Of a DNA stretch of 50,144 nt, positions 26,766-35,562 are shown piece by piece. The translations under genes were made by a program, and so were the position numbers. Location of the stretch: assembly GCA_002502175.1 (NCBI GenBank), contig DAPQ01000058.1, positions 1 through 50,144 on the forward strand. The letters are read 5' to 3'. The stretch's first letter is position 1. Each line of letters begins with the position of its first letter. Source of the stretch: Euryarchaeota archaeon UBA19 (lineage in GTDB: Archaea; Thermoplasmatota; Poseidoniia; Poseidoniales; Thalassarchaeaceae). The notes beneath the pieces are model-generated. The model was not told the origin of the DNA, ran no database searches, and saw nothing but the letters and a program-made list of their open reading frames with translations.

Positions 26766-27263
26766 TCATCGAGCTAGGTTATCGACCATTGCATCGATAG
26801 TTTCAGGATTTGCTTCTTTATTTCGTCCGGATGTCAATGCTCTACCCATTACATCAGCTCCCAAGAAAGAGAACATACTACGCATTGCCATGATTACATG
26901 AGCACCGCCACCACCGCTGTGAGTGGCAAGACCTACTGGGGTGCCTGTACACATCTTTCGAAAGTTCTGCCAATCGCGAGAAAGCCAAGCGATTGCATTG
27001 TTCAGTGTTGGTGGAAAAGACCCATTGTATTCTGGGGCAACAACAATCCAAGCATCGGCAGCAATCATTTGCTGGGTTAATTCTGAAACATCTGGAGATT
27101 GCTCAGGGTCAGAAGAACGTGCAACTGTAAACATGGGTAAGTCCATTGCAGCCAAATCAACTAAGTCTGCCTCATGCCCTTTGTCTTTCGCAACATTAGC
27201 AAATCTTTCCGCCAATTCTAGGTTGGTACCGGAGGTTGCTGTAATCATCAGGAATTTCGCCAT
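26766..27263 (-). CDS. NAD(P)H-dependent FMN reductase family protein
   Basis: 165 aa. It has a flavodoxin-like fold and the motif WIVVAPEYNGSFPPTLNNAIAWLS. Confidence 0.75.
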   Translation of the reverse strand: MAKFLMITATSGTNLELAERFANVAKDKGHEADLVDLAAMDLPMFTVARSSDPEQSPDVSELTQQMIAADAWIVVAPEYNGSFPPTLNNAIAWLSRDWQNFRKMCTGTPVGLATHSGGGGAHVIMAMRSMFSFLGADVMGRALTSGRNKEANPETIDAMVDNLAR

Positions 27264-27302
27264 GTTGACGCGAGGGGCTATCCATACTTCAACAGAATAG
27301 TA

Positions 27303-27752
27303 TCATTCGACTTCCACAATTGAGGTTGGAATACCTCTTTCGGCAGCTAAATCAATTACTATTCTTGTCCATTTACTGGTCGGTGAAGGCATAGCCAAAA
27401 TATGTGAAGCACCTTTCAATATTTTTTCAGTAAGTGTGTTTGGAGCCTCTGCTCTTCCTTGATCAACCAAACTTCTGGTCGGGTCACTCCATTCTTCTGT
27501 AAACACAGCGATTTCGATTGAACTATTGTCAGCCCATCTTTCTGCCATGTAATCTACTCCGCTTGCTCCACCGACAATAATCAAATCCGGATAACCGTTA
27601 TTTTCAAGCCAATTATCGATTGCTTTTTCAAAGACTTCAAAATCATAAAATCGACTACTTCCGACTATTGCCAAATTAATTACAGAACCATCTTGATTCA
27701 AGTCCCGTCCACCGAGAGAATCGACCACATCTTGTCCAGAGGTTGTTGTCAT
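27303..27752 (-). CDS. SLOG-fold protein (DUF2493/YpsA-like)
   Basis: 149 aa. LAIVGSSRFYDFEVFEKAIDNWL....PDLIIVGGASGVDYMAERWA matches the DUF2493 pattern (GsR.f.d...v...l........iv.GGA.GaD..a..wA). Confidence 0.55.
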   Translation of the reverse strand: MTTTSGQDVVDSLGGRDLNQDGSVINLAIVGSSRFYDFEVFEKAIDNWLENNGYPDLIIVGGASGVDYMAERWADNSSIEIAVFTEEWSDPTRSLVDQGRAEAPNTLTEKILKGASHILAMPSPTSKWTRIVIDLAAERGIPTSIVEVE

Positions 27753-27814
27753 TGTTCACCCGAGTTAGGTCTCCGCGCATAAAGATGGTCATTTTAGTGG
27801 CACTTTTTGAATTG

Positions 27815-27828
27815 TTTAGATATTATAT
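27815..27828 (+). promoter_or_regulatory. Candidate archaeal TATA box for the sufS-sufE-DUF59 unit
   Basis: TTTAGATATTATAT lies about 51-64 nt upstream of the sufS ATG. AGAGGT (SD-like) lies 8 nt upstream of the ATG. Confidence 0.3.
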
Positions 27829-27878
27829 CCCACCTATTGATATCAAGGTATCTTATCGCCTAATCAAGAGGTCAAGCC

Positions 27879-29105
27879 ATGGCTCTGGATATCGAGGCTA
27901 TTCGAGCAGATTTTCCAATCCTTGACAGGGTCTTGCCCAATGGCAAGAAATTGGTCTATTTTGACAACGCTGCTACCTCTCAAAAGCCTCAGGTTGTAAT
28001 CGACGCGATGACTAGATATTACGAGGAATACAATTCCAATGCACATCGCGCTAATCATACCTTGGCCGATGAGGCAACAACTGCACTGGAAGAAGCCAGA
28101 AGCAAGATTTCTCGCTACTTTGGAACTAATCCAGAAAATATGATTTACACCAGTGGAGCGACTGAGGCAATCAACTTGGTTGCCTATGGTTGGGCGAGAT
28201 ATAATCTGCAACAAGATGATGTGGTTGTCATTACAGAAATGGAGCACCATGCGGATATAGTTCCGTGGCAGGAACTCAACAAAGAGAAGGGGGTAGAAGT
28301 TCGTTATGTGCCAATTAACTCCAGAACATTCACCCTCGATATGGAAGCCTTTGAAGTAGCCCTTGAAGGGGCTAAACTAGTCTGTGTCGTTCATACTAGC
28401 AATGTATTAGGAATTCGTAATCCCGTTGAAGAAATCATAGAGAAATCTCAGGCTGTAGGTGCTCGTGTTCTCCTTGATTGTGCTCAAGGTGCACCGCATG
28501 AGAGGATATTCTTCGACAATATGGGTGCAGATTTTGTTGCCATTTCAGCCCACAAAATGGCCGGTCCAACCGGTATCGGCTGTATTTTGGTTAAACCTGA
28601 TGCGATGGCTGAAATGGGACCATTTATGACCGGTGGTTCAATGATCAGAAGAGTTTCAACCGAAGGTACAACCTTCCAAGAAGGTCATGCAATGTTTGAG
28701 ACGGGAACACCTAGAATCGCTGAGGCTATTGGTTGGGGGGCAGCAGTAGAATGGCTAAGTCAATTCGACATGAGGGAGGTTCATGCTCACATACATGATA
28801 TCGCCTCTTGGACTGCCGACCAAATGCTTGAGATTCCGGGCATCCGTATTTTTGGCGACCCCAATCATCCAAACTCAAGCGGGGCGGTATCATTCCTTCA
28901 CGACTCAATTCAATCTCAAGATTTAGCGATTCTACTGGACGAGGGAGGTTTCGCTGTCAGAACTGGTCATCATTGCGCTCAACCTCTAATGGATGCATTA
29001 GGCGTACCTTCGACAAATCGCGCCTCATTTTGGATTTACAACACATTAGATGAGGCGCAGTCCTTTGTTGAGTACTTGAGATATGTATGTGAGCGATTTG
29101 CTTGA
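27879..29105 (+). CDS. sufS: Cysteine desulfurase SufS (group II)
   Basis: 408 aa. It has IRADFPIL, VYFDNAATSQKP, ISAHKMAGPTGIG (PLP Lys) and RTGHHCAQP (catalytic Cys loop). Confidence 0.9.
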   Translation: MALDIEAIRADFPILDRVLPNGKKLVYFDNAATSQKPQVVIDAMTRYYEEYNSNAHRANHTLADEATTALEEARSKISRYFGTNPENMIYTSGATEAINLVAYGWARYNLQQDDVVVITEMEHHADIVPWQELNKEKGVEVRYVPINSRTFTLDMEAFEVALEGAKLVCVVHTSNVLGIRNPVEEIIEKSQAVGARVLLDCAQGAPHERIFFDNMGADFVAISAHKMAGPTGIGCILVKPDAMAEMGPFMTGGSMIRRVSTEGTTFQEGHAMFETGTPRIAEAIGWGAAVEWLSQFDMREVHAHIHDIASWTADQMLEIPGIRIFGDPNHPNSSGAVSFLHDSIQSQDLAILLDEGGFAVRTGHHCAQPLMDALGVPSTNRASFWIYNTLDEAQSFVEYLRYVCERFA

Positions 29106-29157
29106 GGTAGGCAAATACGCTCGTCATATTGAATAGAACCAATCAGTAGGGCTCGTC

Positions 29158-29583
29158 ATGGCGGAGAGGCGATGGCCCGAGCACCTTGATTCAGTTGTCG
29201 AGGAGTTCGATGATTGCTTTGATTCGATGGAACGCTATGAGTTGCTATTTGAGTATGCAAAAAAACACCCAAGCCCATTACCCCCCGATGAATGGAATGA
29301 GGAAAATCAAGTCCATGGCTGTCAATCTAGAGCACACGTAGAATGTGGTCGAGATGAATCGGGTAATTTCCTCATGCGGGGTGGGGCTGATGCGCAGATT
29401 GTTCAGGGATTGATGTCCGTAACCGCAATGGCGGTAAACGGTATGAATCCAAAGGAAGTGGCACAAATGTCCCCTGACTATGCAGATGCAATGGGAATTC
29501 GCAATTCTTTGACTCCGAGTAGGGCCAATGGATTTTTGAATATGTTTGAGAGAGTGCGTTCAGAAGCGGAGAGGATGGCGTAA
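29158..29583 (+). CDS. sufE: Cysteine desulfuration protein SufE
   Basis: 141 aa. It has the active-site context VHGCQSRAHV and the ending NGFLNMFERVR. Confidence 0.8.
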   Translation: MAERRWPEHLDSVVEEFDDCFDSMERYELLFEYAKKHPSPLPPDEWNEENQVHGCQSRAHVECGRDESGNFLMRGGADAQIVQGLMSVTAMAVNGMNPKEVAQMSPDYADAMGIRNSLTPSRANGFLNMFERVRSEAERMA

Positions 29584-29585
29584 TT

Positions 29586-29888
29586 ATGGTCGACGAGGCA
29601 ACGGTTCGTGAATCTCTAATCGAGGTTGAGGATCCAGAAATGAAGATATCAGTTATTGATTTAGGGCTGATTTACGAAGTCAGAATTGATGATGCACATG
29701 CTGAAATCGATATGACTCTGACAAGCCCTGGTTGCCCAGTTGCACCCGAACTTATGGCAGCAGTGCACCGAGCGGCTCTCACTACAGAGGGTATTGATAG
29801 CGTCCACGTTAACCTCACATTTTCTCCGCCTTGGGATCCAAAAATCCATGCTACAGAGGATGGAAAGTTCGAGCTTGGTGTGTTCTAA
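29586..29888 (+). CDS. DUF59 / MIP18-family Fe-S assembly protein (SufT/PaaD-like)
   Basis: 100 aa. V.DPEM.ISVIDLGLIYEV...MTLTSPGCPVAPEL is the DUF59 signature. Confidence 0.8.
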   Translation: MVDEATVRESLIEVEDPEMKISVIDLGLIYEVRIDDAHAEIDMTLTSPGCPVAPELMAAVHRAALTTEGIDSVHVNLTFSPPWDPKIHATEDGKFELGVF

Positions 29889-30760
29889 GCCAGTCGCATT
29901 TCTGCTGCTCTCACCGTATTGCTCATCAACATCGAGATAGTCATTGGTCCAACTCCGCCAGGTACAGGCGTCATATGCCCTGCTACCTCTGCTACCGCGG
30001 GGTCTACATCTCCAGCAAGACGGCTACCACTTTCTCTTGATTCATCGATAACCCGATTGATTCCAACATCGATTACTGTCGCCCCCGGCTTTATCCAATC
30101 TGTTTGGACGGTAGCAGCCCGGCCAATCGCTGCCACAACTAGGTCAGCGCTTCGACAGATTTCCGCAATATCCTGTGTTCTAGAATGAGCAATTGTTACT
30201 GTGGCATCAATCCCTTTCTGAGCCAATAATAGCGCTAAAGGCATCCCAACTATGCGTGAACGACCAATGACTACTGCTTTCTTTCCAGAGAGGTCAATAG
30301 CAGCATCCTCAATCATCTGCATCACGCCGGCAGGGGTACAGGGCAGCAAACCATCTGTTTGACCCATTACCAATCTTCCAAGATTAGTAGGGTGGAATCC
30401 ATCAACATCTTTTGAGGGGTCGATAGCTTCGGTTATGGCCAATTCGTCTGTTCCGTTTGGAGTGGGGCTTTGAACAAGTATTCCATGAACAGAGTCATCA
30501 GAGTTTAGGTTTGCAACAACTTGCATTAATTCCTCTTGAGTAACATCGTTTGGAAGGTCAATTCTAGTGCTTTTTATTCCACATCTTTCACAAGCTCGTT
30601 GTTTGTTTCTAACATAGACATGACTTGCCGGGTCGTCTCCAGCGAGTACAACTGCAAGATGGGGTTCAACTCCCGACTCCTTCAGTGCAGACACCCTCTC
30701 AGCCAGATGCGCCTCAATACGCAATCCTAAGGCCTTACCATCGAGTATAACCGCGCTCAC
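29885..30760 (-). CDS. folD: Bifunctional methylenetetrahydrofolate dehydrogenase/cyclohydrolase
   Basis: 291 aa with a GTG start. It has ILDGKAL, YVRNKQRACE, GILVQSP.P, GFHP.N.GRL, VVIGRS.IVG.P and TPVPGGVGPMT. The stop overlaps the DUF59 stop by 4 nt (convergent). Confidence 0.9.
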   Translation of the reverse strand: MSAVILDGKALGLRIEAHLAERVSALKESGVEPHLAVVLAGDDPASHVYVRNKQRACERCGIKSTRIDLPNDVTQEELMQVVANLNSDDSVHGILVQSPTPNGTDELAITEAIDPSKDVDGFHPTNLGRLVMGQTDGLLPCTPAGVMQMIEDAAIDLSGKKAVVIGRSRIVGMPLALLLAQKGIDATVTIAHSRTQDIAEICRSADLVVAAIGRAATVQTDWIKPGATVIDVGINRVIDESRESGSRLAGDVDPAVAEVAGHMTPVPGGVGPMTISMLMSNTVRAAEMRLA

Positions 30761-30838
30761 GAAGTAACTCCCCTTCTATATCGGACTTGACCTTTTTTCT
30801 AGACACAGTCTAACTTAGTCTAGAAGAGGAAGTAAAAA

Positions 30839-30915
30839 TGGAGCCCCAGGAGGGATTCGAACCCCCGGCCGTCTGATTACAAATCAGATGCTCTACCAGT
30901 CTGAGCTACTGAGGC
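30839..30915 (-). tRNA. tRNA-Thr (anticodon TGT), CCA encoded
   Basis: Reverse complement GCCTCAGTAGCTCAGACTGGTAGAGCATCTGATTTGTAATCAGACGGCCGGGGGTTCGAATCCCTCCTGGGGCTCCA. Anticodon loop TTTGTAA. A T5 tract follows the 3' end, then an 8-bp inverted repeat TTCTAGAC/GTCTAGAA at 30797-30825. Confidence 0.9.
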
Positions 30916-31023
30916 AGCACCCCCCGCTGACCACATTCGATTCTTGAACCCTGCACCTAGAAGGGTAGCCGAAATAGGGCCAAGTTGAATGCCTAATCAC
31001 CCCTCCGAATCTCACGGATTAGT

Positions 31024-31428
31024 ATGGTCAACTCAACTTCCCATAGGAAATTGAACATGGTAATTGCCGCCTGGGCGTGTATACTTCTCGGCGCGGGAAT
31101 TGTCTTTGGCACCGCTGGAAATGCATTTGCAATAGCGGTAGGCGCCCCATTGTCTATTGCCGGTGCTGCATTACTTCTCTTTGGGTTAGGAATGCCTGAT
31201 GAATCATCAGTCGACCCAGATGAATTAGCCGCATGGGCTCCTGAAGCAGTAAAGATGCCCGATGCAGGACGAGCTATGTATCGGGTCGACACATCATTAG
31301 ATCCTCCGATAAAAACCTCGATTCTGTGTGGCCGTTGTGGGCATTTAGAGTGGGTTGATGGCAGGAAACCAGCATTCTACAATTGTCTAAAATGTAAAAC
31401 AGAACTCTGGGTGGCAGAAGAAGAATGA
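31024..31428 (+). CDS. Hypothetical membrane protein with C-terminal zinc ribbon
   Basis: 134 aa. Two hydrophobic helices, then CGRCGH...CLKCK (CxxC...CxxC). I prefer it over the antisense ORF 30993-31292 (low-complexity Ala/Ser/Pro). Confidence 0.45.
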   Translation: MVNSTSHRKLNMVIAAWACILLGAGIVFGTAGNAFAIAVGAPLSIAGAALLLFGLGMPDESSVDPDELAAWAPEAVKMPDAGRAMYRVDTSLDPPIKTSILCGRCGHLEWVDGRKPAFYNCLKCKTELWVAEEE

Positions 31429-31491
31429 ATGGATTATTCCTAAGCAAGCATCAAAGCGAGATGGCATCAGCGAAGAATTCGAGGTGAGGCG

Positions 31492-32985
31492 TTGAGTCTG
31501 GGAAATAACGAGCGAAGAATGCTTGTAGCATTACTTTCCGACACCTCGCGCAATTGGACGCTTTCAGAAATTCTAGAGGCGACGAAATGGACAGATCAAG
31601 TCCATGTTGCAGGTGCTGGCCAGGCGCTAAAAGAGGCGGGACTAGTAGAAATCACCGAGTCCTCATCTCGCACAGTTGCACTTGGTCCAGAAGGACTTAA
31701 CGCTACAAAAAATGGTTTGTTAGAGGGAAGAATTTGGAATTGGTTACTACAATCCAAAGACTCTGAAAGGAATATGCAAGGTTTGTTCTCTGCCGGTTTT
31801 GAACGTCACGAGGCTGGACCTGGGGTTGGACTTCTGAAATCATTAGGAGTTAAGGTCGAATCAGGCTCTTTTGTTTGGCAAGATGAAGAAGAGGTTTCTG
31901 CAACAATAGAAAATCGGACTTCATTCATCAATAGTTTAGCAGAAACCGCTCAAGACGCAGATTCTCTTGACGCAACTCTCATCGACCATTTCCAGAATAG
32001 GAAGGGCTTGATTGAAATCGAGAATAGCATCACTAGGAATTGGACCTTGACTAAGGATGGTGCCGAATACAATGTTGAGGATTTGGAAGAAGTTGAACAA
32101 ATTGGTGAGATTACACCTGAACTTCTTCAAGGTGAATCTTGGAGAGATGCTGAATTCAAACCATTCGATGTCAATGCTCCAGCGCCTATTCCTGCCGGAG
32201 GCAGACCGCATCCTATGCAAGCGCTGATAGAGCGAATTCGTTCGGTTTTCTTGGAAATGGGCTTCTCAGAAATTGAGGGAGATTATGTTCAATCAGCAGG
32301 ATGGAATATGGATGCTTTATTCATCCCTCAATCTCACCCTGCAAGAACCATGCAAGATACATTCTATCTGAACAATCCAGAGAAGGTAGAAGTTGCTCCT
32401 GAAATGCTCGACCTATGGGCTAAGGTGCATGAGCACGGACATGATACAGGAAGCAAAGGATGGGGGGTTAAATTTGACAAAGAAGAAGCTCAAAAGGGCT
32501 TACTAAGGACACATACGACGGTCAATACAATACGTCATATTGCAGAAAACCCACATGTCCCAAGTCGAGTTTTTGGCATCGGCCGTGTATTTAGACAAGA
32601 GACAATTGACCGGACTCATCTGCCTGAGTTCCACCAAATCGAGGGTATCATTCACGAACCTGATGCCAATCTTCCAATGCTAATTTCTACTCTCAAAACC
32701 TTCTATGCAAAGATGGGATATCCCGATGTTCGTGTACGTCCTGCTTACTTCCCTTACACCGAGCCATCGGTAGAGGTCGAAGTTTACTGGCGTGGTGAAT
32801 GGCTAGAACTAGGCGGCTCGGGAATTTTCCGGCCAGAAGTCACTGAACCACTTGGTACCGAATGGCCGGTATGTGCGTGGGGAATGGGCCTAGAGCGTCT
32901 TGCAATGCTTGTACTAGGATTGGATGATATCAGAGAATTATACCAACCGGATCTCGAGCGTCTTTCAAAGATGCCAATTCTATGA
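31492..32985 (+). CDS. pheS: Phenylalanine--tRNA ligase alpha subunit, archaeal/eukaryal type
   Basis: 497 aa. The TTG start is preceded by GAGGTGA. N-terminal winged-helix repeats. Class II core motifs: HPARTMQDTFY, LLRTHTT, RVFR.E..D.THLPEFHQIEG and GMGLERL. Confidence 0.9.
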   Translation: MSLGNNERRMLVALLSDTSRNWTLSEILEATKWTDQVHVAGAGQALKEAGLVEITESSSRTVALGPEGLNATKNGLLEGRIWNWLLQSKDSERNMQGLFSAGFERHEAGPGVGLLKSLGVKVESGSFVWQDEEEVSATIENRTSFINSLAETAQDADSLDATLIDHFQNRKGLIEIENSITRNWTLTKDGAEYNVEDLEEVEQIGEITPELLQGESWRDAEFKPFDVNAPAPIPAGGRPHPMQALIERIRSVFLEMGFSEIEGDYVQSAGWNMDALFIPQSHPARTMQDTFYLNNPEKVEVAPEMLDLWAKVHEHGHDTGSKGWGVKFDKEEAQKGLLRTHTTVNTIRHIAENPHVPSRVFGIGRVFRQETIDRTHLPEFHQIEGIIHEPDANLPMLISTLKTFYAKMGYPDVRVRPAYFPYTEPSVEVEVYWRGEWLELGGSGIFRPEVTEPLGTEWPVCAWGMGLERLAMLVLGLDDIRELYQPDLERLSKMPIL

Positions 32986-33003
32986 TTGGCTATTTTGCTA
33001 ATC

Positions 33004-33693
33004 TTAAGAAGAATTTTCGTCACTCTTTTCGACAATATATTGGATTGTTACCTTATCCGTCGTTGTCACATTTTCGCCGCAATTTGCTTCCATCATGATG
33101 ACTAAATTTTCTTCCAATTCTGTGAACTCCATTGCAAAATGGCCATTTTCATCAATTGCTACATTCAAACTAGATTCATCAATATCAGAATCTGACCAAA
33201 CAAACTCACAAGTTTCAATCGATGTGTGTGATAGATTCCCACTAAGAATAGCGTCACTACCGTGCTCAATAGTGGTTGCAAAATTATCAAGAATAATTTC
33301 AGTAACTCCTTCTTCAGGATATGAAATTGTAAATTCAGTTTCCCAGTTTGTCTCTTGGTTTAGGTAATCTCTTGCTAAAATGCTTAGTGAATGAGTACCC
33401 GTATTTAGTCCGGTAATATCGACTACATATTGTCCGTTTTCATCGAGGTAGGTATCTGGTAATTTTGCATTATTCAAAGATACTTCTAGGTATATGTCAT
33501 CAAGAGATTCGTCATTAACAGATACTGTGATGCTTGTGACCTCGCCTACTAGAAAATCACCAGGTTCTTCTCCGGTTATTGTTGGGGGTTGATCTGAAAC
33601 ATCGGTTTCTACACCAAGAAAGAAAAGCCCTAGCATGACGCTACCAATCATCAAAAAAGCCAATGTCAGGCTTCGGACCTGCTCTTTGTCCAT
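33004..33693 (-). CDS. Exported Ig-like (Big/cadherin-like fold) domain protein, N-terminal signal anchor
   Basis: 229 aa. TM segment LTLAFLMIGSVMLGLFFLGV, then beta-rich acidic repeats (e.g. YVVDITGLNTGTHSLSILARD). GGAGGA lies 7 nt upstream of the ATG. Confidence 0.5.
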   Translation of the reverse strand: MDKEQVRSLTLAFLMIGSVMLGLFFLGVETDVSDQPPTITGEEPGDFLVGEVTSITVSVNDESLDDIYLEVSLNNAKLPDTYLDENGQYVVDITGLNTGTHSLSILARDYLNQETNWETEFTISYPEEGVTEIILDNFATTIEHGSDAILSGNLSHTSIETCEFVWSDSDIDESSLNVAIDENGHFAMEFTELEENLVIMMEANCGENVTTTDKVTIQYIVEKSDENSS

Positions 33694-33741
33694 ACAACTT
33701 CCTCCTATATTGAACGTAAAAAGTCAACTTGCTTTTTTCTT

Positions 33742-33762
33742 ATGTGCACCTAGGATGCACAT
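33742..33762 (-). other. Intercistronic inverted repeat ATGTGCA-N7-TGCACAT between SCO1 paralog B and the Ig-like gene
   Basis: 7-bp perfect arms with a CCTAGG core in the spacer. A T5 tract (minus strand, 33771-33775) follows the upstream stop. Possible terminator, attenuator or operator. Confidence 0.3.
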
Positions 33763-33775
33763 GTTTTCTAAAAAT

Positions 33776-34834
33776 TCACTCATTTGCTAGATTTTGTAAA
33801 TCTTCCATGAAGAGGTCTAAATCCCAAGCGGTACCAGTCCAAGCCAATCTCTTTCTGAGCTGTTTATCTAGGACGAAGGTTACTGTTGAATGTCCTATTT
33901 CGTAATCCCCTAAAGACTCCTCATGAGGATTAGTTTCCTCGCCATCTGTAGAACCTTCTAGGACGCATGATAGGTAATCTCCATTCGGACGCTCATAGCC
34001 TTCATCACACATACAATGAGCACTCGAGCCTTCTCCCATTACCCAGCCGTGGCCATTACAATCAACACCTACTGGAAGCAGAGAAGTGTTTGCTCCTGAC
34101 TCAACCCAAGCCAGGTGGTCATCGTGAGTAGCGAATTCCTCAAGATAGCCTTCTTCTGATTCTTGCCAACTCCAAGATGTATGGTTCCAATTCATCAATG
34201 TCCAGCCTTCGGTGGAGATATTAACTTCTGCAGAATTTCTTGCGCTATTGTCTAAATCAGCGACTGTGTCAGAGACCTGTAATTTTGAATTTAGATAATC
34301 CACAACTATTGTCTCGTTGCTTGAATTTAGGAACACTAATCGATTCATAGCACCTTCAGGAGGAGCGCTGGCGGCAATGTGCTCGTCGTCAACAATTACA
34401 TTCCATGAGGAGTAAACTTCCATCAGAGTACTTGGCCTTTCAGCGGTTAGATGTGTCCAATTATATCCTCTAGATTCAGTCCATTCAGATAGATGTTCTA
34501 CTGTATCCCTTGCAGGATCAATTGTAACCGATACGAATACAACATCATCACTTGCATCGCCCAGATTTGCTTGAGCCCATGCCATATTTGCTGAAATTGC
34601 CAGGCAAATATCAGGGCAACTTGTGTATACAAACGCCACAACAACAACCTTTCCATCTAGGTCAGAGAGTGTGAATTCCTGGCCATTTTGGTCAATCAAA
34701 GTAAAATCAGGTGCATCAGGTGGTTCTCGATATTCTATTCCATTGAATTCCATATCGTTGTCATCTTGGCCTAAACACCCAGATAACAAAATCGAAACAA
34801 GTAGAATTGCGAATATTTTCCGAAGCATATTCAT
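33776..34834 (-). CDS. SCO1/SenC-family thioredoxin-fold copper chaperone (paralog B) with a ~150-aa insertion containing an EGF-like Cys module
   Basis: 352 aa. Lipobox-like LLSGC. It has FTLIDQNGQEFTLSDLDGKVVVVAFVYTSCPDIC (CxxxC), VTIDPARDT and a distal His in YEIGHSTVTFVLD. The insertion carries CNGHGWVMGEGSSAHCMCDEGYERPNGDYLSC. Confidence 0.75.
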   Translation of the reverse strand: MNMLRKIFAILLVSILLSGCLGQDDNDMEFNGIEYREPPDAPDFTLIDQNGQEFTLSDLDGKVVVVAFVYTSCPDICLAISANMAWAQANLGDASDDVVFVSVTIDPARDTVEHLSEWTESRGYNWTHLTAERPSTLMEVYSSWNVIVDDEHIAASAPPEGAMNRLVFLNSSNETIVVDYLNSKLQVSDTVADLDNSARNSAEVNISTEGWTLMNWNHTSWSWQESEEGYLEEFATHDDHLAWVESGANTSLLPVGVDCNGHGWVMGEGSSAHCMCDEGYERPNGDYLSCVLEGSTDGEETNPHEESLGDYEIGHSTVTFVLDKQLRKRLAWTGTAWDLDLFMEDLQNLANE

Positions 34835-35562
34835 TCCTCAAGTAGATACAGTATGTCTTCTAGGACCATTTCTGCATTCCAATCAGTGTCTCCCCACCAA
34901 ACTCTTTGATTGAAATTCTTGTCAACGATGATTGTTCCCGTAGTATGGTCTACCCAGTAACTTAGTGGATGATGCTTGACGGTAACTGCCGAGTCCTCAG
35001 ACTGTTGTGTATCAACTCCACACCCCTCGTCGTCGACTTCTTCGCCTTCAGGTGTATCAGCACAGAGGTCAAATCCATCAGCTACTCCATCCCCGTCTTG
35101 ATCAGAATCATAGGTGGTTAATCCAACGTCAAAGTTAATCCATACCGGTTGTAATTCTTCCAAACTTCCTGTGAGGTGTGGCCAATGGAATCCTCGGTCA
35201 TCCGAGTATTGCTTCAGTACAGTAGAGTTGTCAGTCCATGGGTCTACGGTGATTGATAGGATTGCCACTTCTTCACCATATGCATCTCCCAATTGCTCAG
35301 CGACGTAGTGCAAGTTAGCACTTACAATTGGGCATATGTCGGGGCAACGAGTGAATAAGAAAGCGATAACGATGACTTTTCCTTCTAGTTCGCTCAAGGC
35401 GTAAGGCTCACCATCTTCATCGAGTAAAACAAAGTCCTCAACAGCTACTGCCGGCTTTATTTCTTCACCGTAAAATGGGCTTTCTTCCTGACCCATACAT
35501 CCTGCTGTAAGTAGGCCTAGAGTAACAAGAATTACCGATAGTAGGCGCGAGTTGATTCTCAT
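34831..35562 (-). CDS. SCO1/SenC-family thioredoxin-fold copper chaperone (paralog A) with TSP3-like Asp-rich insertion
   Basis: 243 aa. Lipobox-like LTAGC. It has FVLLDEDGEPYALSELEGKVIVIAFLFTRCPDIC, ITVDPWTDN and YWVDHTTGTIIVD. The insertion is DSDQDGDGVADGFDLCADTPEGEEVDDEGCGVD. ATGA overlaps occur at both ends. Confidence 0.8.
   Translation of the reverse strand: MRINSRLLSVILVTLGLLTAGCMGQEESPFYGEEIKPAVAVEDFVLLDEDGEPYALSELEGKVIVIAFLFTRCPDICPIVSANLHYVAEQLGDAYGEEVAILSITVDPWTDNSTVLKQYSDDRGFHWPHLTGSLEELQPVWINFDVGLTTYDSDQDGDGVADGFDLCADTPEGEEVDDEGCGVDTQQSEDSAVTVKHHPLSYWVDHTTGTIIVDKNFNQRVWWGDTDWNAEMVLEDILYLLEE

Noticed and set aside
30993-31292. 99-aa minus-strand ORF
   Set aside because: It is antisense to the TM + zinc-ribbon ORF 31024-31428. 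Its low-complexity Ala/Ser/Pro sequence makes the plus-strand ORF more protein-like, though that ORF is itself only moderately supported.
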